Origin: an uncultured Rickettsiales bacterium
GTDB taxonomy: Bacteria; Myxococcota_A; UBA796; UBA9615
Direction of reading: 5' to 3'
Assembly (NCBI GenBank): GCA_964620495.1
Contig: CAZUHI010000012.1
Location: 9,018 to 73,017, forward strand
Length of the DNA: 64,000 bases
Below the pieces are notes generated by a model that was given only the letters and a program-made list of their open reading frames with translations, was not told where the DNA came from and did not search any database. The position numbers and the translations under genes are program-made. Of the stretch, positions 35,284 to 44,913 are shown in pieces. Each line of letters begins with the position of its first letter. Positions within the stretch are counted from its first letter, which is position 1.

Positions 35284-36135
35284 ATGACCGCTCTCTCCGT
35301 GTTTCGTCCCGACCTCTTCGTCGGAGAGGTCGCCCTCGTCACCGGCGGCGGCTCCGGGATCGGCAAGGCGATCGCGAAGGAGCTGGTGCAGCTCGGCGCG
35401 GACGTCGTCATCGCCGCGCGCAAGCTCCCCCGACTCGAGGCGGCGGCCGAGGAGCTGAACGCGCTCGGGGGCGGTCGAGTCCACGCCGCCGTGTGCAACG
35501 TCCGCCACGAGGAGTCGGTGCGCGCGATCATGGCGGAGACGCTGAAGACGTTCGGTCGCCTCGACTTCCTGGTGAACAACGCCGGCGGTCAGTTCCCGGG
35601 TCCCGCGGCCGCCATCCGCACCAAGGGCTGGAACGCGGTCATCGAGACCAACCTCACCGGGCCGTTCCTGTGCTCTCGCGAGGCCTTCAACGCCTGGATG
35701 CGGGAACACGGCGGCGCCGTGGTGAACATCATCGCGGACATGTTCCGAGGCTTCCCGGGCATGGCGCACACGGGCGCGGCGCGGGCGGGCGTCGACAACC
35801 TCACGAAGACCCTCGCCGTCGAGTGGGCTCCGAGCGGGGTCCGGGTCAACGCGGTCGCGCCGGGGATCATCATGTCCTCGGGCTACGACACCTACGATCC
35901 GTTCTTCCAGAAGGCGTTCCTCGACATGGGCGCCAACACGCCCGCGTGTCGCCTCGGCACCGTCGAGGAGGTCGCGTCGTGTGTCCTGTGGCTGCTCTCT
36001 CCGGGCGCCGCGTACACGACCGGGGCCACGGTCCGCGTCGACGGCGGCTCCAGCATCTACAAGCTCCCTTGGGAGGTGCCGACGCACGACGCGTTCCCCC
36101 GCTACGGAGGCCGCCCCGTCGAGGACGAGGAGTGA
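35284..36135 (+). CDS. Short-chain dehydrogenase/reductase (SDR), enoyl/dienoyl-CoA reductase-like
   Basis: TGGGSGIGKA, NNAG, and family-typical VNAVAPG. Confidence 0.85.
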   Translation: MTALSVFRPDLFVGEVALVTGGGSGIGKAIAKELVQLGADVVIAARKLPRLEAAAEELNALGGGRVHAAVCNVRHEESVRAIMAETLKTFGRLDFLVNNAGGQFPGPAAAIRTKGWNAVIETNLTGPFLCSREAFNAWMREHGGAVVNIIADMFRGFPGMAHTGAARAGVDNLTKTLAVEWAPSGVRVNAVAPGIIMSSGYDTYDPFFQKAFLDMGANTPACRLGTVEEVASCVLWLLSPGAAYTTGATVRVDGGSSIYKLPWEVPTHDAFPRYGGRPVEDEE

Positions 36136-37655
36136 CCCGACGGCTCCTCATCGGCGTCCTCGCGGCCGTCTTGTCGCCCGCGCCCGCCGCGGCTCACCAG
36201 TCGGAGCTGTTCGCGCCCTCGGTCGCGTCGCTGGGACGCGCGGCGGCGGGCTCCGCGATGGACGACGGCGCGGCCTCGATCTACTGGAACCCCGCGGCCC
36301 TGGGCCTCGTCCCCCACGACCGCCTCGGCATCTCCTACCTGGGCGGCACCATCCAGCTGATGGACGTCGTGGGCGTCACGCGATTGGAGCTCCAGGGCGA
36401 CGAGGTCGAGGACCGGATGCCGGAGCAGGCGATCTCGCCCCACCGTGTCGGGATCGAGTTCGTGAAGGCGTTCGGCGACTGGGTGCGCCTCGGCGCGTTC
36501 GCGACGGTGCCGTTCCCGTACCTCTACTACGTCGACACGCGCGATCCCTGGACCCCGGTCTCGCTGCGCTGGCGGAACCGCGTCGCCCAGGTCTACGGCG
36601 GCGCCGGGCTCACGGTCCGGCTGCCGATCCGAGGCGTTCCGGGCAAGAACGGGGTCACCGAGGCCTCCGCCACCCAGGGGGGCATGTGGCTCTCCTTCGC
36701 CATCGATCTGCGCCCGCGGGCGACGATCAAGGTGGACCTCGGCCTCGTGGGCCTCGCCGGCGAGGACGGGGGCGACCCGGCGGTGGACGTCGTCCTGGAC
36801 GACCTCGATCTCGTCGCGTTGACGCGGATCCGGCCCACCGTGGGCTTCCTCTTCGACTTCGGGACGGTGACGTCGGCCCTGGACGGGCTCCGGCTCGGCC
36901 TCTCCTACAAGAAGGAGAGCCGCGTCGATCTCGACCCCGTGCGGCTCGCCGTCGACGTCACGGAGCTGGGGGAGCTCCACCCCCTCTTCGCCGCCGTGGA
37001 TCGTCTTCAAGCGATCGTTTGGCTCGGCATCGTCGACTACTTCGATCCCCATCAGTTGCGCGTGTCGCTCGCCTTCGACCGCGCCCGGTTCGCGTTGGCC
37101 GCGGACCTCACGTTCTCCCAGTGGTCTCGCCTGGTCCCGCCCGCGACCGGGGTCAGCACCGGACCCGACGGCGAGGAGGGCTCCCTGGTCATCCAGCTCG
37201 ACTTTCAGGACACCCAGGCGCCCGTGGTCGGCCGACGGACGGTGGACACGTCGGTCTTTCGAGACACCGTCGACGTCTCCTTCGGGGGGGAGGCGCGACC
37301 GCCCGGCGTGACCCCCCCGGGCGCAGCCGCACCGGTCGAGCTGCGGATCCGGGCCGGCTATCGATTCCAACCCCCGATCGTGACTCCGTCGGACGGGCCC
37401 TACGCCATCCTCGACGGGGCCGTACACACCGCGTCGGTCGGGACCTCGGTGCGTCTCCCCAACCTCGGCAAGCTGCCGGGATCGTTCGTCATAGACTGGG
37501 CCATCTCCTACCAGCGGCTGGCCCCGATGGACCTCCCGAAGACCGAGGCCGGTCTCACCGGGGTGGAGCGGCTCCCCGTCGCCTACAGTGACGGGGCGAA
37601 CTGGCCCGGAGGGTGGGCCCTGGTGTCGGGCCTGTCCCTCTCCATCGACCTCTGA
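36132..37655 (+). CDS. Outer-membrane transport protein, FadL/OmpP1/TodX-like beta-barrel
   Basis: Signal peptide ending AAAH. IYWNPAALG motif. Alternating beta-strand pattern. GTGA overlap with the SDR gene. Confidence 0.65.
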   Translation: MTRRLLIGVLAAVLSPAPAAAHQSELFAPSVASLGRAAAGSAMDDGAASIYWNPAALGLVPHDRLGISYLGGTIQLMDVVGVTRLELQGDEVEDRMPEQAISPHRVGIEFVKAFGDWVRLGAFATVPFPYLYYVDTRDPWTPVSLRWRNRVAQVYGGAGLTVRLPIRGVPGKNGVTEASATQGGMWLSFAIDLRPRATIKVDLGLVGLAGEDGGDPAVDVVLDDLDLVALTRIRPTVGFLFDFGTVTSALDGLRLGLSYKKESRVDLDPVRLAVDVTELGELHPLFAAVDRLQAIVWLGIVDYFDPHQLRVSLAFDRARFALAADLTFSQWSRLVPPATGVSTGPDGEEGSLVIQLDFQDTQAPVVGRRTVDTSVFRDTVDVSFGGEARPPGVTPPGAAAPVELRIRAGYRFQPPIVTPSDGPYAILDGAVHTASVGTSVRLPNLGKLPGSFVIDWAISYQRLAPMDLPKTEAGLTGVERLPVAYSDGANWPGGWALVSGLSLSIDL

Positions 37656-37671
37656 GCCCAGGGAGTCCCAC

Positions 37672-38391
37672 GTGTTCCATCGAGTCCTGGTCATCACGCT
37701 GCTCGCCGCCCTCTCCATCCCATCCGGCGCGGCCGCGGCCGACTGCGAGGTCGTTCGATTCAAGACGTCGGACGGCGTGGAGCTCGAGGCGGACTGGTGC
37801 CCCGGGGGGAAGGACGCGCCGCTGTTGGTGCTCCTGCACATGATCCCGCCCCACCACAGCCGGAAGAACTATCCGGAGTCGGTGCGCCTCGACTGGGTCA
37901 AGGCCGGCTTCTCCGTCCTGAACGTCGATCGCCGCGGCGGCGGAGAGAGCGCGGGCAACGCCAAGGAGGCGTACAAGGGCCCCAAGGGCAAGCTCGACGT
38001 GGCGGCGGCCCTCGCGTTCGCGGCGGGCAAGGGGGCGAACACGACTCGCTGGGCCTGCATCGGGGCCAGCAACGGGACCACGAGCTGCCTGGACTTCGCC
38101 GCCCACGCGGCCACCGACGACTCGGTGGCCGGGCCCTCCGCGCTCGTGTTCATGACGGGCGGCACCTACACCGAGGCGCAGACCGCGCTCAAGGGCTCCA
38201 TCGCGGAGACTCTCCCCGTCCTCTTCACCTTCAACGAGAAGGAGAAGAAGTGGTCTGAAAGTACCCGAAAAGGAGGAGAAAAATGGGAGTGGAAATCGTA
38301 CGCTCCCGGAGGGCACGGGACCCTCGTGTTCGGGCCCAACGCCGAGGCCGTGGGGGACATCGCCTCATTCCTGAAGAAGCACTTGAAGTAA
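37672..38391 (+). CDS. Secreted alpha/beta-hydrolase-fold protein (hypothetical)
   Basis: Signal peptide. PLLVLLHM and GASNG (nucleophile elbow-like) motifs. GTG start after GGGAG. Confidence 0.55.
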   Translation: MFHRVLVITLLAALSIPSGAAAADCEVVRFKTSDGVELEADWCPGGKDAPLLVLLHMIPPHHSRKNYPESVRLDWVKAGFSVLNVDRRGGGESAGNAKEAYKGPKGKLDVAAALAFAAGKGANTTRWACIGASNGTTSCLDFAAHAATDDSVAGPSALVFMTGGTYTEAQTALKGSIAETLPVLFTFNEKEKKWSESTRKGGEKWEWKSYAPGGHGTLVFGPNAEAVGDIASFLKKHLK

Positions 38392-38401
38392 CTGCACCTA
38401 G

Positions 38402-40243
38402 GTGACTGCCCTCGAAGAGGAAGTCAGCTTGGAACGGGTCCGCGCAGCCGCCTGCGCGGGGACGACCCTCTTCGCCCTGGCCCTCGCCTGGCTGATCGTG
38501 CGCCGCACGGCGCTGACGATGGACGAGCGGCACACCCTGCTCATCGCGCAAGCGATCGCCGGCGGCGACTCCGTCTCCTTCTACGTGGGGTCCGTGACCC
38601 GGTACGAGGGGGGCTCGTGGCTGATCGCGTGGCCCGTGGCGCTGCTCCTGAAGCTCGGGGCGTCCGGCACGGCGGCGACGTCGTGGACGGCGGGCGCGAT
38701 CGCGATCGTCGCGGTGGGGCTCGGATCGCTGTGGGTCGGCCGATTCCGCGGCTGGCAGGCGGCCCTGCTCCTCGGTCCCGTGTGCGCCGCCTTCCCGGAG
38801 GGGATGCACTACGCCTACCGAGCCTGGGGGAGCCTCTGCGAGGCCCTGGTCATGCTCCCGGTGCTCGCGTTCCTTCATCATCGATGGGCGATGAGGGGTC
38901 GGACGGTCCGCGGGTCGCTGGGTCTGGGCGCAGCGTTCGCCGTCGCGTGGGTCCTGTCCTACTTCCACTTCGTGACGACCCTGGCCTTCGCGGTGGTGGA
39001 GGCGCTGGAGGCGCGCGGGGAGGGCCGGTCGCTGCGGGCCTCGGCGCGGAGCGCAGCCATCGCCCTCGGGACCGGGGCCGCGGCGTTCCTCGCGTGGGTC
39101 TTCGCGGCGAACCCACACCCGGGGGAGGCGTGGGTCGTGCGGGACGGCAGGTCGCTGGCGTCCACGCTCACGGACCTGCTGCTGCCCCGCCTGGATCTCG
39201 TCTTCGCCGGTCTGCCCGGCGCCGTGCTCGGGGAGCTCACCGAGCCCACGCTGCTTCGCTGGGCGGCGGTCGCGGGCATCCTGGTCGTCGCCGTCGTGGG
39301 GGCAGCGCGCGTCGCCGGCTCGTCCGATCCGCTGCGCCGCACGCTCGTGTTCGCCCTCCTCTACCTCCCGGCCCTCGGCGTCGGTCACGCGCTGCTCGAC
39401 CCGCCGGAGGTGTATCGGTACTACCTGCCGCTCCTCGCGGCCCTCGCCGTCCTCATCGCGGCGGGCGGCTGGTGGACGGCGGCGCCCGCGGTGATCTGCG
39501 GCGCCGCGTTCTGGCTCCCGTCGGGCTTGGCGATGCCGTACCAGAACCCGTCCTTCACGGTCCTGGAGCTGGGCAGCAACGCCATGCACCGCTACGCGCC
39601 CGACCCGCACGTGAAGTTCAAGCTCCTGCGGTCGCACATCCCCGAGTACCAGCGACGCTGGTTCGCCTTCGGGTATGGCGTCGACTCCGGCCGACGTTGC
39701 TCGCCCACCCGCGCAGGCGGCGCGGCCCTGCTCGCGGCGGAGCCCGGCGCGGCGTCCTCCCCGCACCTGTCCCTGCAGCCTGCGGCGGCTTGGACCGACT
39801 GGTGGGGAGACGAGGTGGGACGAGAGCGGGCCGACTACTTCTTCGGCTTGGGCGTCGGGTTCGCGGCCGACGGTGCCTTGGACCGCTGGGAGGCGGAGGT
39901 CCTCGCGGGCGCCGCCGAGGACGACAAGATCGAGGTGCTGCTCGGCCTCGGCGCGGCGATCACCCGGGCCCTCGAGCAGCTCGGGCCGTTCGACGGGGGC
40001 ACGATCGGGCGCGCGCTGGTGGAGACCTTGTCGTCGCCGGACGTGACCGTCGTGGGGAGGGGGATGGCAGCCGCAGCCTCCGCGGGGCGCCCCGACGGCG
40101 CGGATCTCGGCCTGATCGTGGGGACGACGAAGCGGCTCGATCTGGAGGGGGGCCTTCAGGGGCCGGTGAACCGGTCGAGGCGCGCGATGGTGCGGGTGCC
40201 GACGATCCCGACGCCGCACCCGATGACCCTCACGGATCGCTAG
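38402..40243 (+). CDS. Polytopic integral membrane protein with a soluble C-terminal domain (function unknown)
   Basis: About 10 hydrophobic helices in the first ~380 aa. GC3-rich codon usage. No catalytic motif recognised. Confidence 0.5.
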   Translation: MTALEEEVSLERVRAAACAGTTLFALALAWLIVRRTALTMDERHTLLIAQAIAGGDSVSFYVGSVTRYEGGSWLIAWPVALLLKLGASGTAATSWTAGAIAIVAVGLGSLWVGRFRGWQAALLLGPVCAAFPEGMHYAYRAWGSLCEALVMLPVLAFLHHRWAMRGRTVRGSLGLGAAFAVAWVLSYFHFVTTLAFAVVEALEARGEGRSLRASARSAAIALGTGAAAFLAWVFAANPHPGEAWVVRDGRSLASTLTDLLLPRLDLVFAGLPGAVLGELTEPTLLRWAAVAGILVVAVVGAARVAGSSDPLRRTLVFALLYLPALGVGHALLDPPEVYRYYLPLLAALAVLIAAGGWWTAAPAVICGAAFWLPSGLAMPYQNPSFTVLELGSNAMHRYAPDPHVKFKLLRSHIPEYQRRWFAFGYGVDSGRRCSPTRAGGAALLAAEPGAASSPHLSLQPAAAWTDWWGDEVGRERADYFFGLGVGFAADGALDRWEAEVLAGAAEDDKIEVLLGLGAAITRALEQLGPFDGGTIGRALVETLSSPDVTVVGRGMAAAASAGRPDGADLGLIVGTTKRLDLEGGLQGPVNRSRRAMVRVPTIPTPHPMTLTDR

Positions 40244-41121
40244 GTCTGGTCCGTCCTGACCACGGAGTCGGCGCCGATGTCGAAGGTCATGCCTTCCATC
40301 GCGGCGAGGACGGGTCCCCGGGTCATCTCCGCCTGGGCGAAGCGCTCGGCCTCGGCGGCGATCTTGTCGAGCTGGGGGTCCGTGCGGCTGGGGTCGTGGT
40401 GGAACAGCAGCTGGCACAGCGGGGCGGCCTCGCGGCCGAGCTGCAGCACCTGAGGGACCGTCGAGTGTCCCCACCCGCGCTTCGCGGGCAGGTCCTCGGG
40501 GAGGTACTGCGCGTCCGCGATCAACAGACCGGTGTGGTGGGCGAACTCGGCCTGCTCGGCGGGCGTCGTGGCGGGAGCCCCCGGGGGGTAGAGCTCGTTG
40601 TCGGTGAGGTAGGTGAACGAGGCGCCGTCGGCGTCGTCGATGCGGAACCCCTGGGCGCCGCCCGGGTGGTTGAGCTTGATGCGACGAACCCGGGCGCTGC
40701 CGATCCGCCAGGGCTCGTCGTCGCCGAAGTGCTGGTGCGTGAAGATCGCCCCCAGCTGATCGAGGTGCAGCGGGGTCTGGATGCCGTCGAAGATGTCGGC
40801 ACGGGGCCGGCGCCGCTCGATCGCCTCGTTCATGAGCGGGTAGATCTTGATCTCGGTCTTGGGCGAGTAGATCGGCGCGAAGAACGGGAGCCCGATGATG
40901 TGGTCGTAGTGCCGGTGGCTCAGCAGGAAGTGGACCGGGCCCGTGAAGCCCGCGGCCACCATCTCCTCGCCGAGCACGCGCAGGCCGGTGCCGGCGTCCA
41001 CGAAGAGCTGTGAGCCGTCCGCGAGGACGATCCCGACGCAGACCGTGTTGCCGCCGTACCGGACCGTGGTCGGGCCGGGGACGGGCACGGAGCCGCGTAC
41101 GCCGTAGATCGTGGCTTTCAT
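40240..41121 (-). CDS. MBL-fold metallo-hydrolase
   Basis: HRHYDH (HxHxDH) motif and a downstream His in NHPGG. Confidence 0.85.
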   Translation of the reverse strand: MKATIYGVRGSVPVPGPTTVRYGGNTVCVGIVLADGSQLFVDAGTGLRVLGEEMVAAGFTGPVHFLLSHRHYDHIIGLPFFAPIYSPKTEIKIYPLMNEAIERRRPRADIFDGIQTPLHLDQLGAIFTHQHFGDDEPWRIGSARVRRIKLNHPGGAQGFRIDDADGASFTYLTDNELYPPGAPATTPAEQAEFAHHTGLLIADAQYLPEDLPAKRGWGHSTVPQVLQLGREAAPLCQLLFHHDPSRTDPQLDKIAAEAERFAQAEMTRGPVLAAMEGMTFDIGADSVVRTDQT

Positions 41122-41132
41122 GGGGGCCTGAG

Positions 41133-41405
41133 CTAACCCGCCTGGGCCGGCGTGACCGTCTTGAGCGAGTCCACCGCGTGTACGGGGGCGTCGTCACCAG
41201 CCATCAGATCCTTGATGGCTCGATAGACCATGCGCTGCTTCTTGAGCGAGTTGAGGCCTGCGAAGGCGTCGGAGACCACCTCGATCGTGAAGTGACCGCC
41301 ACCCCCGGCAGCGTCGACTCGACACCCGGGGATCGCTTCGGCGACGCGAGCCTTGATCGCGGCGACCGTGTCTTCTGCGCTCATCGACGTGTGATGCGCC
41401 CCCAT
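41133..41405 (-). CDS. BolA family protein
   Basis: GGGGHF.IEVVS..F.G....KQRMVY, typical of BolA. Start at MGAHH is preceded by GGAGGA. Confidence 0.8.
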   Translation of the reverse strand: MGAHHTSMSAEDTVAAIKARVAEAIPGCRVDAAGGGGHFTIEVVSDAFAGLNSLKKQRMVYRAIKDLMAGDDAPVHAVDSLKTVTPAQAG

Positions 41406-41477
41406 GTGGAGTCCTCCGCGAGGTATTGCAGCAGAATCGGCGGGGTTCGTCCACACGACGGGCCCGGCGCCGCCCCG

Positions 41478-42413
41478 TCAGGGAGCCAGGAGCCCCCGCA
41501 CGGTCTCGGCCGCTCTGCGGACGCCGCTCACGCTGGTCGCCCAGCTGACGACGCGCCCGTCCGCCCCGATCACGACGATCGTGGGCAGCTTCTTCACTTC
41601 GTAGTCGAGCTTCAGGTGGCCCCGGGAGTCGTGCACCAAGGGGTACGTGGTGGTGGAGGTCGTGATGTACTTCTCGATGGTGCCCCGCTCCTCGGAGCTG
41701 ATCGCCAGGACCTCCGCCGCGTCGCCCCACTCGGTGTGCATCTTCTCGACCATCGGCGAGGTGGTCCGGCACGGGCCGCACCACGTCGCCCAGAAGTACA
41801 GGACCCGGACCTTGCCCTCCGACTCGGCGCTGCGTACCTGTCCGACGGGCCGCACGAGGTCGGCCTCGTAGGGGAGCATCGGGGTGTCCTTCCAGTGCTC
41901 GACCTTCCAGCGGTGGATGTCACGCGGCTTCTCGATCATGGCGACCGAGACGTCCAGTTCTCGACCGTCCCGCAGGACGCGAAGGGAGAGGGCGTCGCCC
42001 ACCTCGACGTTCCGAGCCTCCGCGATGTAGTCCTGGTACTTGAGGACCTCGCGGCCCGCGGCCTGGAGGAGGACGTCGCCGCGCTTCAGCCCCGCGGTGT
42101 GGGCGGGGCCGCCGCGGAAGGCGCGGCTCACCACGCCTCGTCGGTCCTCCGGCGCGCCCGGGATCGGGTCGGTCATGTTCGCCACGGAGAGGCCCAGCCA
42201 CCGGTTCTTCTTCTTGGTGGGCGGCTTCGCGCTCTTCACCGGGACGTCCGTGACCTGCACGCCGGGACGGGGCGTCGGCGCCGCGGGAGAGGGGCTCTCC
42301 ACCGCTCCCGGGGTGGGCGAGGGCGTCGCGGGCGTCGTCGGCTCGGGGTCGCCGCAGGCAGCGAGCAGGAGGGCCGCGAGGAGCACGCGGAGCATCGGGG
42401 CGGACGGAGGCAT
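41478..42413 (-). CDS. Lipoprotein with a PDZ domain and a TlpA-like thioredoxin domain
   Basis: Lipobox LLAAC. PDZ-like GGPAHTAGLKRGDVLL. Thioredoxin motif YFWATWCGPC. Confidence 0.8.
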   Translation of the reverse strand: MPPSAPMLRVLLAALLLAACGDPEPTTPATPSPTPGAVESPSPAAPTPRPGVQVTDVPVKSAKPPTKKKNRWLGLSVANMTDPIPGAPEDRRGVVSRAFRGGPAHTAGLKRGDVLLQAAGREVLKYQDYIAEARNVEVGDALSLRVLRDGRELDVSVAMIEKPRDIHRWKVEHWKDTPMLPYEADLVRPVGQVRSAESEGKVRVLYFWATWCGPCRTTSPMVEKMHTEWGDAAEVLAISSEERGTIEKYITTSTTTYPLVHDSRGHLKLDYEVKKLPTIVVIGADGRVVSWATSVSGVRRAAETVRGLLAP

Positions 42414-42517
42414 GTGCGGGTTCCATGGAGAGGTTGGAGACGCCGCGCCGTTCCCGCAAGGGGAGGCTGGTTGATGGGCGTCGGCGGTCCGCTATCCTCC
42501 GAGGCCCCGGAGGACTC

Positions 42518-42745
42518 ATGGGACACAGCCACGACCCGACCATGCCGCGCAACTTCGAGATCACGATCCGCTCGCGTGAGGGCTCTCGAGTCACGGCCGT
42601 GGTGCACCTGCAGGAGACGATCCCCGCGGGCGGGATCCGGCTCGAGGTGGTGTACGACCTCGACGAGCGGGACGTCGTGTCGGTGAGCCCCTGGCGCAAG
42701 GTCGGCACGCACGTCCTCGACGCGATCGCCCACGCCGCCCACTGA
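42518..42745 (+). CDS. Small hypothetical protein (75 aa)
   Basis: ATG preceded by GGAGGA. GC3-rich. No known motif. Confidence 0.4.
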   Translation: MGHSHDPTMPRNFEITIRSREGSRVTAVVHLQETIPAGGIRLEVVYDLDERDVVSVSPWRKVGTHVLDAIAHAAH

Positions 42746-42836
42746 TCGATTTCGCGGACTGCTCCGTAACGTGGGGGAGACTCGGGTGTCTCATCCCCCC
42801 GCGGGCCGACCCTCGGCCCCTGCACGGAGACGCAGC

Positions 42837-43517
42837 ATGCGACCGATCCTTCCCTTCTTCGCCGTCGCCATCACCCTCATCGCGTGCGCCGCGGCGGGCA
42901 CCTCGGACTCCGCTCCGGCGGCTCCGGGGACCGCCGTCCCGACCGTGTCGGACGAAGGGCTCGCGCCGTCGTATCCGCCGTCGGCCACGGAGGGGGAGCG
43001 CGGCGTGGCGATCTTCGCCGGGGGCTGCTTCTGGTGCGTCGAGTCCGAGTACGACGATCTCCCGGGCGTGTTCGCCGCCGTCTCGGGATACATCGGGGGA
43101 CCGGAGACCGCGCCGACGTACAAGCAGGTGGCCTCGGGCGCGACCGGGCACACGGAGGCGGTGCGCGTCGTCTTCGACCCCAGCGTCGTGACCTACGAGC
43201 AGCTGCTGGATCGCTTCTGGAAGAACCACGATCCGTTCCGCGCCGACGCGCAGTTCTGCGACCGCGGCACCCAGTATCGGCCCGGCATCTTCCCCCTCGA
43301 CGCGGATCAGCGAGAGGCGGCCCACCGCACCAAGGGAGAGGTCGCGAAGAGGTTCGGAGAGGACGTGGTGACGGAGATCACCGACGCGGGCGTCTTCTGG
43401 ACGGCCGAGGACTACCACCAGGACTTCCACCACAAGAACCCCGGCCACTACCTCCGCTACCGAATGGGCTGCGGTCGCGACAAGCGGCTCAAGGAGATCT
43501 GGGGTTCATCCGAGTGA
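42837..43517 (+). CDS. msrA: Peptide-methionine (S)-S-oxide reductase with signal peptide/lipobox
   Basis: GGCFWCVE active site, HTEAV.V.FDP, DYHQ.F. N-terminal AITLIAC lipobox. Confidence 0.9.
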   Translation: MRPILPFFAVAITLIACAAAGTSDSAPAAPGTAVPTVSDEGLAPSYPPSATEGERGVAIFAGGCFWCVESEYDDLPGVFAAVSGYIGGPETAPTYKQVASGATGHTEAVRVVFDPSVVTYEQLLDRFWKNHDPFRADAQFCDRGTQYRPGIFPLDADQREAAHRTKGEVAKRFGEDVVTEITDAGVFWTAEDYHQDFHHKNPGHYLRYRMGCGRDKRLKEIWGSSE

Positions 43518-43532
43518 GGGCCCCGACGTTCC

Positions 43533-44747
43533 TCAGGGGACGGCCTCGCCGTGGGTCGCGACGTCCAGGCCCATGACCTCGGTCTCCTCGTCGACGCGCA
43601 GACCCAGGACGACGTCCACGAGCTTGAGCAGGATCCAGGTGGCGATCGCGGCGTAGACGATGGTGGCGACGACGCCCCAGACCTGGATGCCGACCTGCAT
43701 CCAGTTGCCCTCGAGCCCCCCCGCGGTCCCACCGATCGCCTCGACCGCGAACACGCCGGTGAGCACCGATCCCAGCAACCCGCCGACCCCGTGGACGCCG
43801 AAGCAGTCCAGGGAGTCGTCCCAGCCGCCTCGCTTCTTGAGGCTGCTCGCGCCCCACCAGCAGACGAGGCCCGAGGAGGCCCCGATGATGAGCGCGCCCC
43901 CGGGGCCGACGAACCCGGCCGCGGGGGTCACGGCGACGAGCCCGCCGACCGCGCCCGTGACGATCCCGAGGACCGAGGGCTTCCCGAAGCGCCACCACTC
44001 GACCGCCATCCACGAGAGGCCGGCCGCCGCCGCGGCGAGGTGGGTGGTCACGAGCGCCATGGCGGCCGCTCCGTCCGCGGCGAGCGCCGAGCCCGCGTTG
44101 AAGCCGAACCAGCCGATCCACAGCATGCAGCCGCCGATCACGGTCAGGACGAGGTTGTGGGGAGCGAAGTGGTCGCGGCCGAACCCCTTGCGCGGCCCCA
44201 GGACGATCGCCGCCACCAGCCCCGCGATGCCTGCGTTGATGTGCACGACCGTTCCGCCCGCGAAGTCCAGCACCCCGTCCTCGGCCATGAGCCCGCCGTC
44301 CGCCCAGACCCAGTGACACACCGGGGCGTAGACGAGGACGACCCACAGGGCCGAGAACAGGAGCATCGCCGAGAACTTCATGCGCTCCGCGAACGCCCCG
44401 CTGATCAGGGCCGGGGTGATGATCGCGAACGTCATCTGGAAAGCCATGAAGAGGGACTCGGGGATCGTCCCGTGCATGGAGTCGGGGCCCATGCCCAGGA
44501 GGAGAACGCGGTCGAAGCCGCCGACGAACGTGTTGCCGGGAGAGAAGGCGAGGCTGTAGCCCACGACCATCCACAGCACGCTCACGAGGCAGCAGACGGC
44601 GAAGCTCTGCATGAGGGTCGCGAGCACGTTCTTCTTGCGCACCATCCCGGCGTAGAAGAGCGCGAGGCCCGGCAGGGTCATCATGAGGACCAGGGCCGTC
44701 GCGGTGAGGATCCAGGCGGTGTCGGCGGCGTTCAGCGTCTCGGGCAT
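43533..44747 (-). CDS. amtB: Ammonium transporter
   Basis: AWILTATALVLMMT.PGLALFYAG, DFAGGTVVH, GFNAGS, HG.GG..G. Start at MPETLN follows GGGAGG. Confidence 0.9.
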   Translation of the reverse strand: MPETLNAADTAWILTATALVLMMTLPGLALFYAGMVRKKNVLATLMQSFAVCCLVSVLWMVVGYSLAFSPGNTFVGGFDRVLLLGMGPDSMHGTIPESLFMAFQMTFAIITPALISGAFAERMKFSAMLLFSALWVVLVYAPVCHWVWADGGLMAEDGVLDFAGGTVVHINAGIAGLVAAIVLGPRKGFGRDHFAPHNLVLTVIGGCMLWIGWFGFNAGSALAADGAAAMALVTTHLAAAAAGLSWMAVEWWRFGKPSVLGIVTGAVGGLVAVTPAAGFVGPGGALIIGASSGLVCWWGASSLKKRGGWDDSLDCFGVHGVGGLLGSVLTGVFAVEAIGGTAGGLEGNWMQVGIQVWGVVATIVYAAIATWILLKLVDVVLGLRVDEETEVMGLDVATHGEAVP

Positions 44748-44768
44748 GCGGGCCTCCCGCGGGGAGTT

Positions 44769-44785
44769 CCGCAAGAGGCATGCCG
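44769..44785 (-). promoter_or_regulatory. Candidate sigma-54 (-24/-12) promoter of amtB
   Basis: Minus strand reads CGGCATGCCTCTTGCGG, i.e. GGCATG-N4-TTGC against the TGGCACG-N4-TTGC consensus. Lies about 25-40 nt upstream of the amtB ATG. Confidence 0.5.
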
Positions 44786-44856
44786 GCTCGGGAACGGGCC
44801 ACGTCGGTCGCCGCGCGCCTCGAAGGGGTCGTCGACGTGCCCGGAACCGAGCAGAT

Positions 44857-44872
44857 TGCCCGGATCCGGGCA
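44857..44872. promoter_or_regulatory. Perfect 16-bp palindrome TGCCCGGATCCGGGCA, candidate enhancer-binding-protein (NtrC-like) site
   Basis: Lies about 70-100 bp upstream of the putative sigma-54 promoter, the usual UAS distance. Confidence 0.35.
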
Positions 44873-44913
44873 GTGATCCCCCGTCGCTCGTTTTCTCATT
44901 GATCCCTGGACCC

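Noticed and set aside
38220-38300. Lower-GC, purine-rich stretch (gagaaggagaagaagtgg...ggaggagaaaaatggg) that might hide an internal RBS or small gene.
   Set aside because: It is in frame within the alpha/beta-hydrolase-like CDS, encoding FNEKEKKWSESTRKGGEKWEWK. No separate ORF with a stop/start structure is present.
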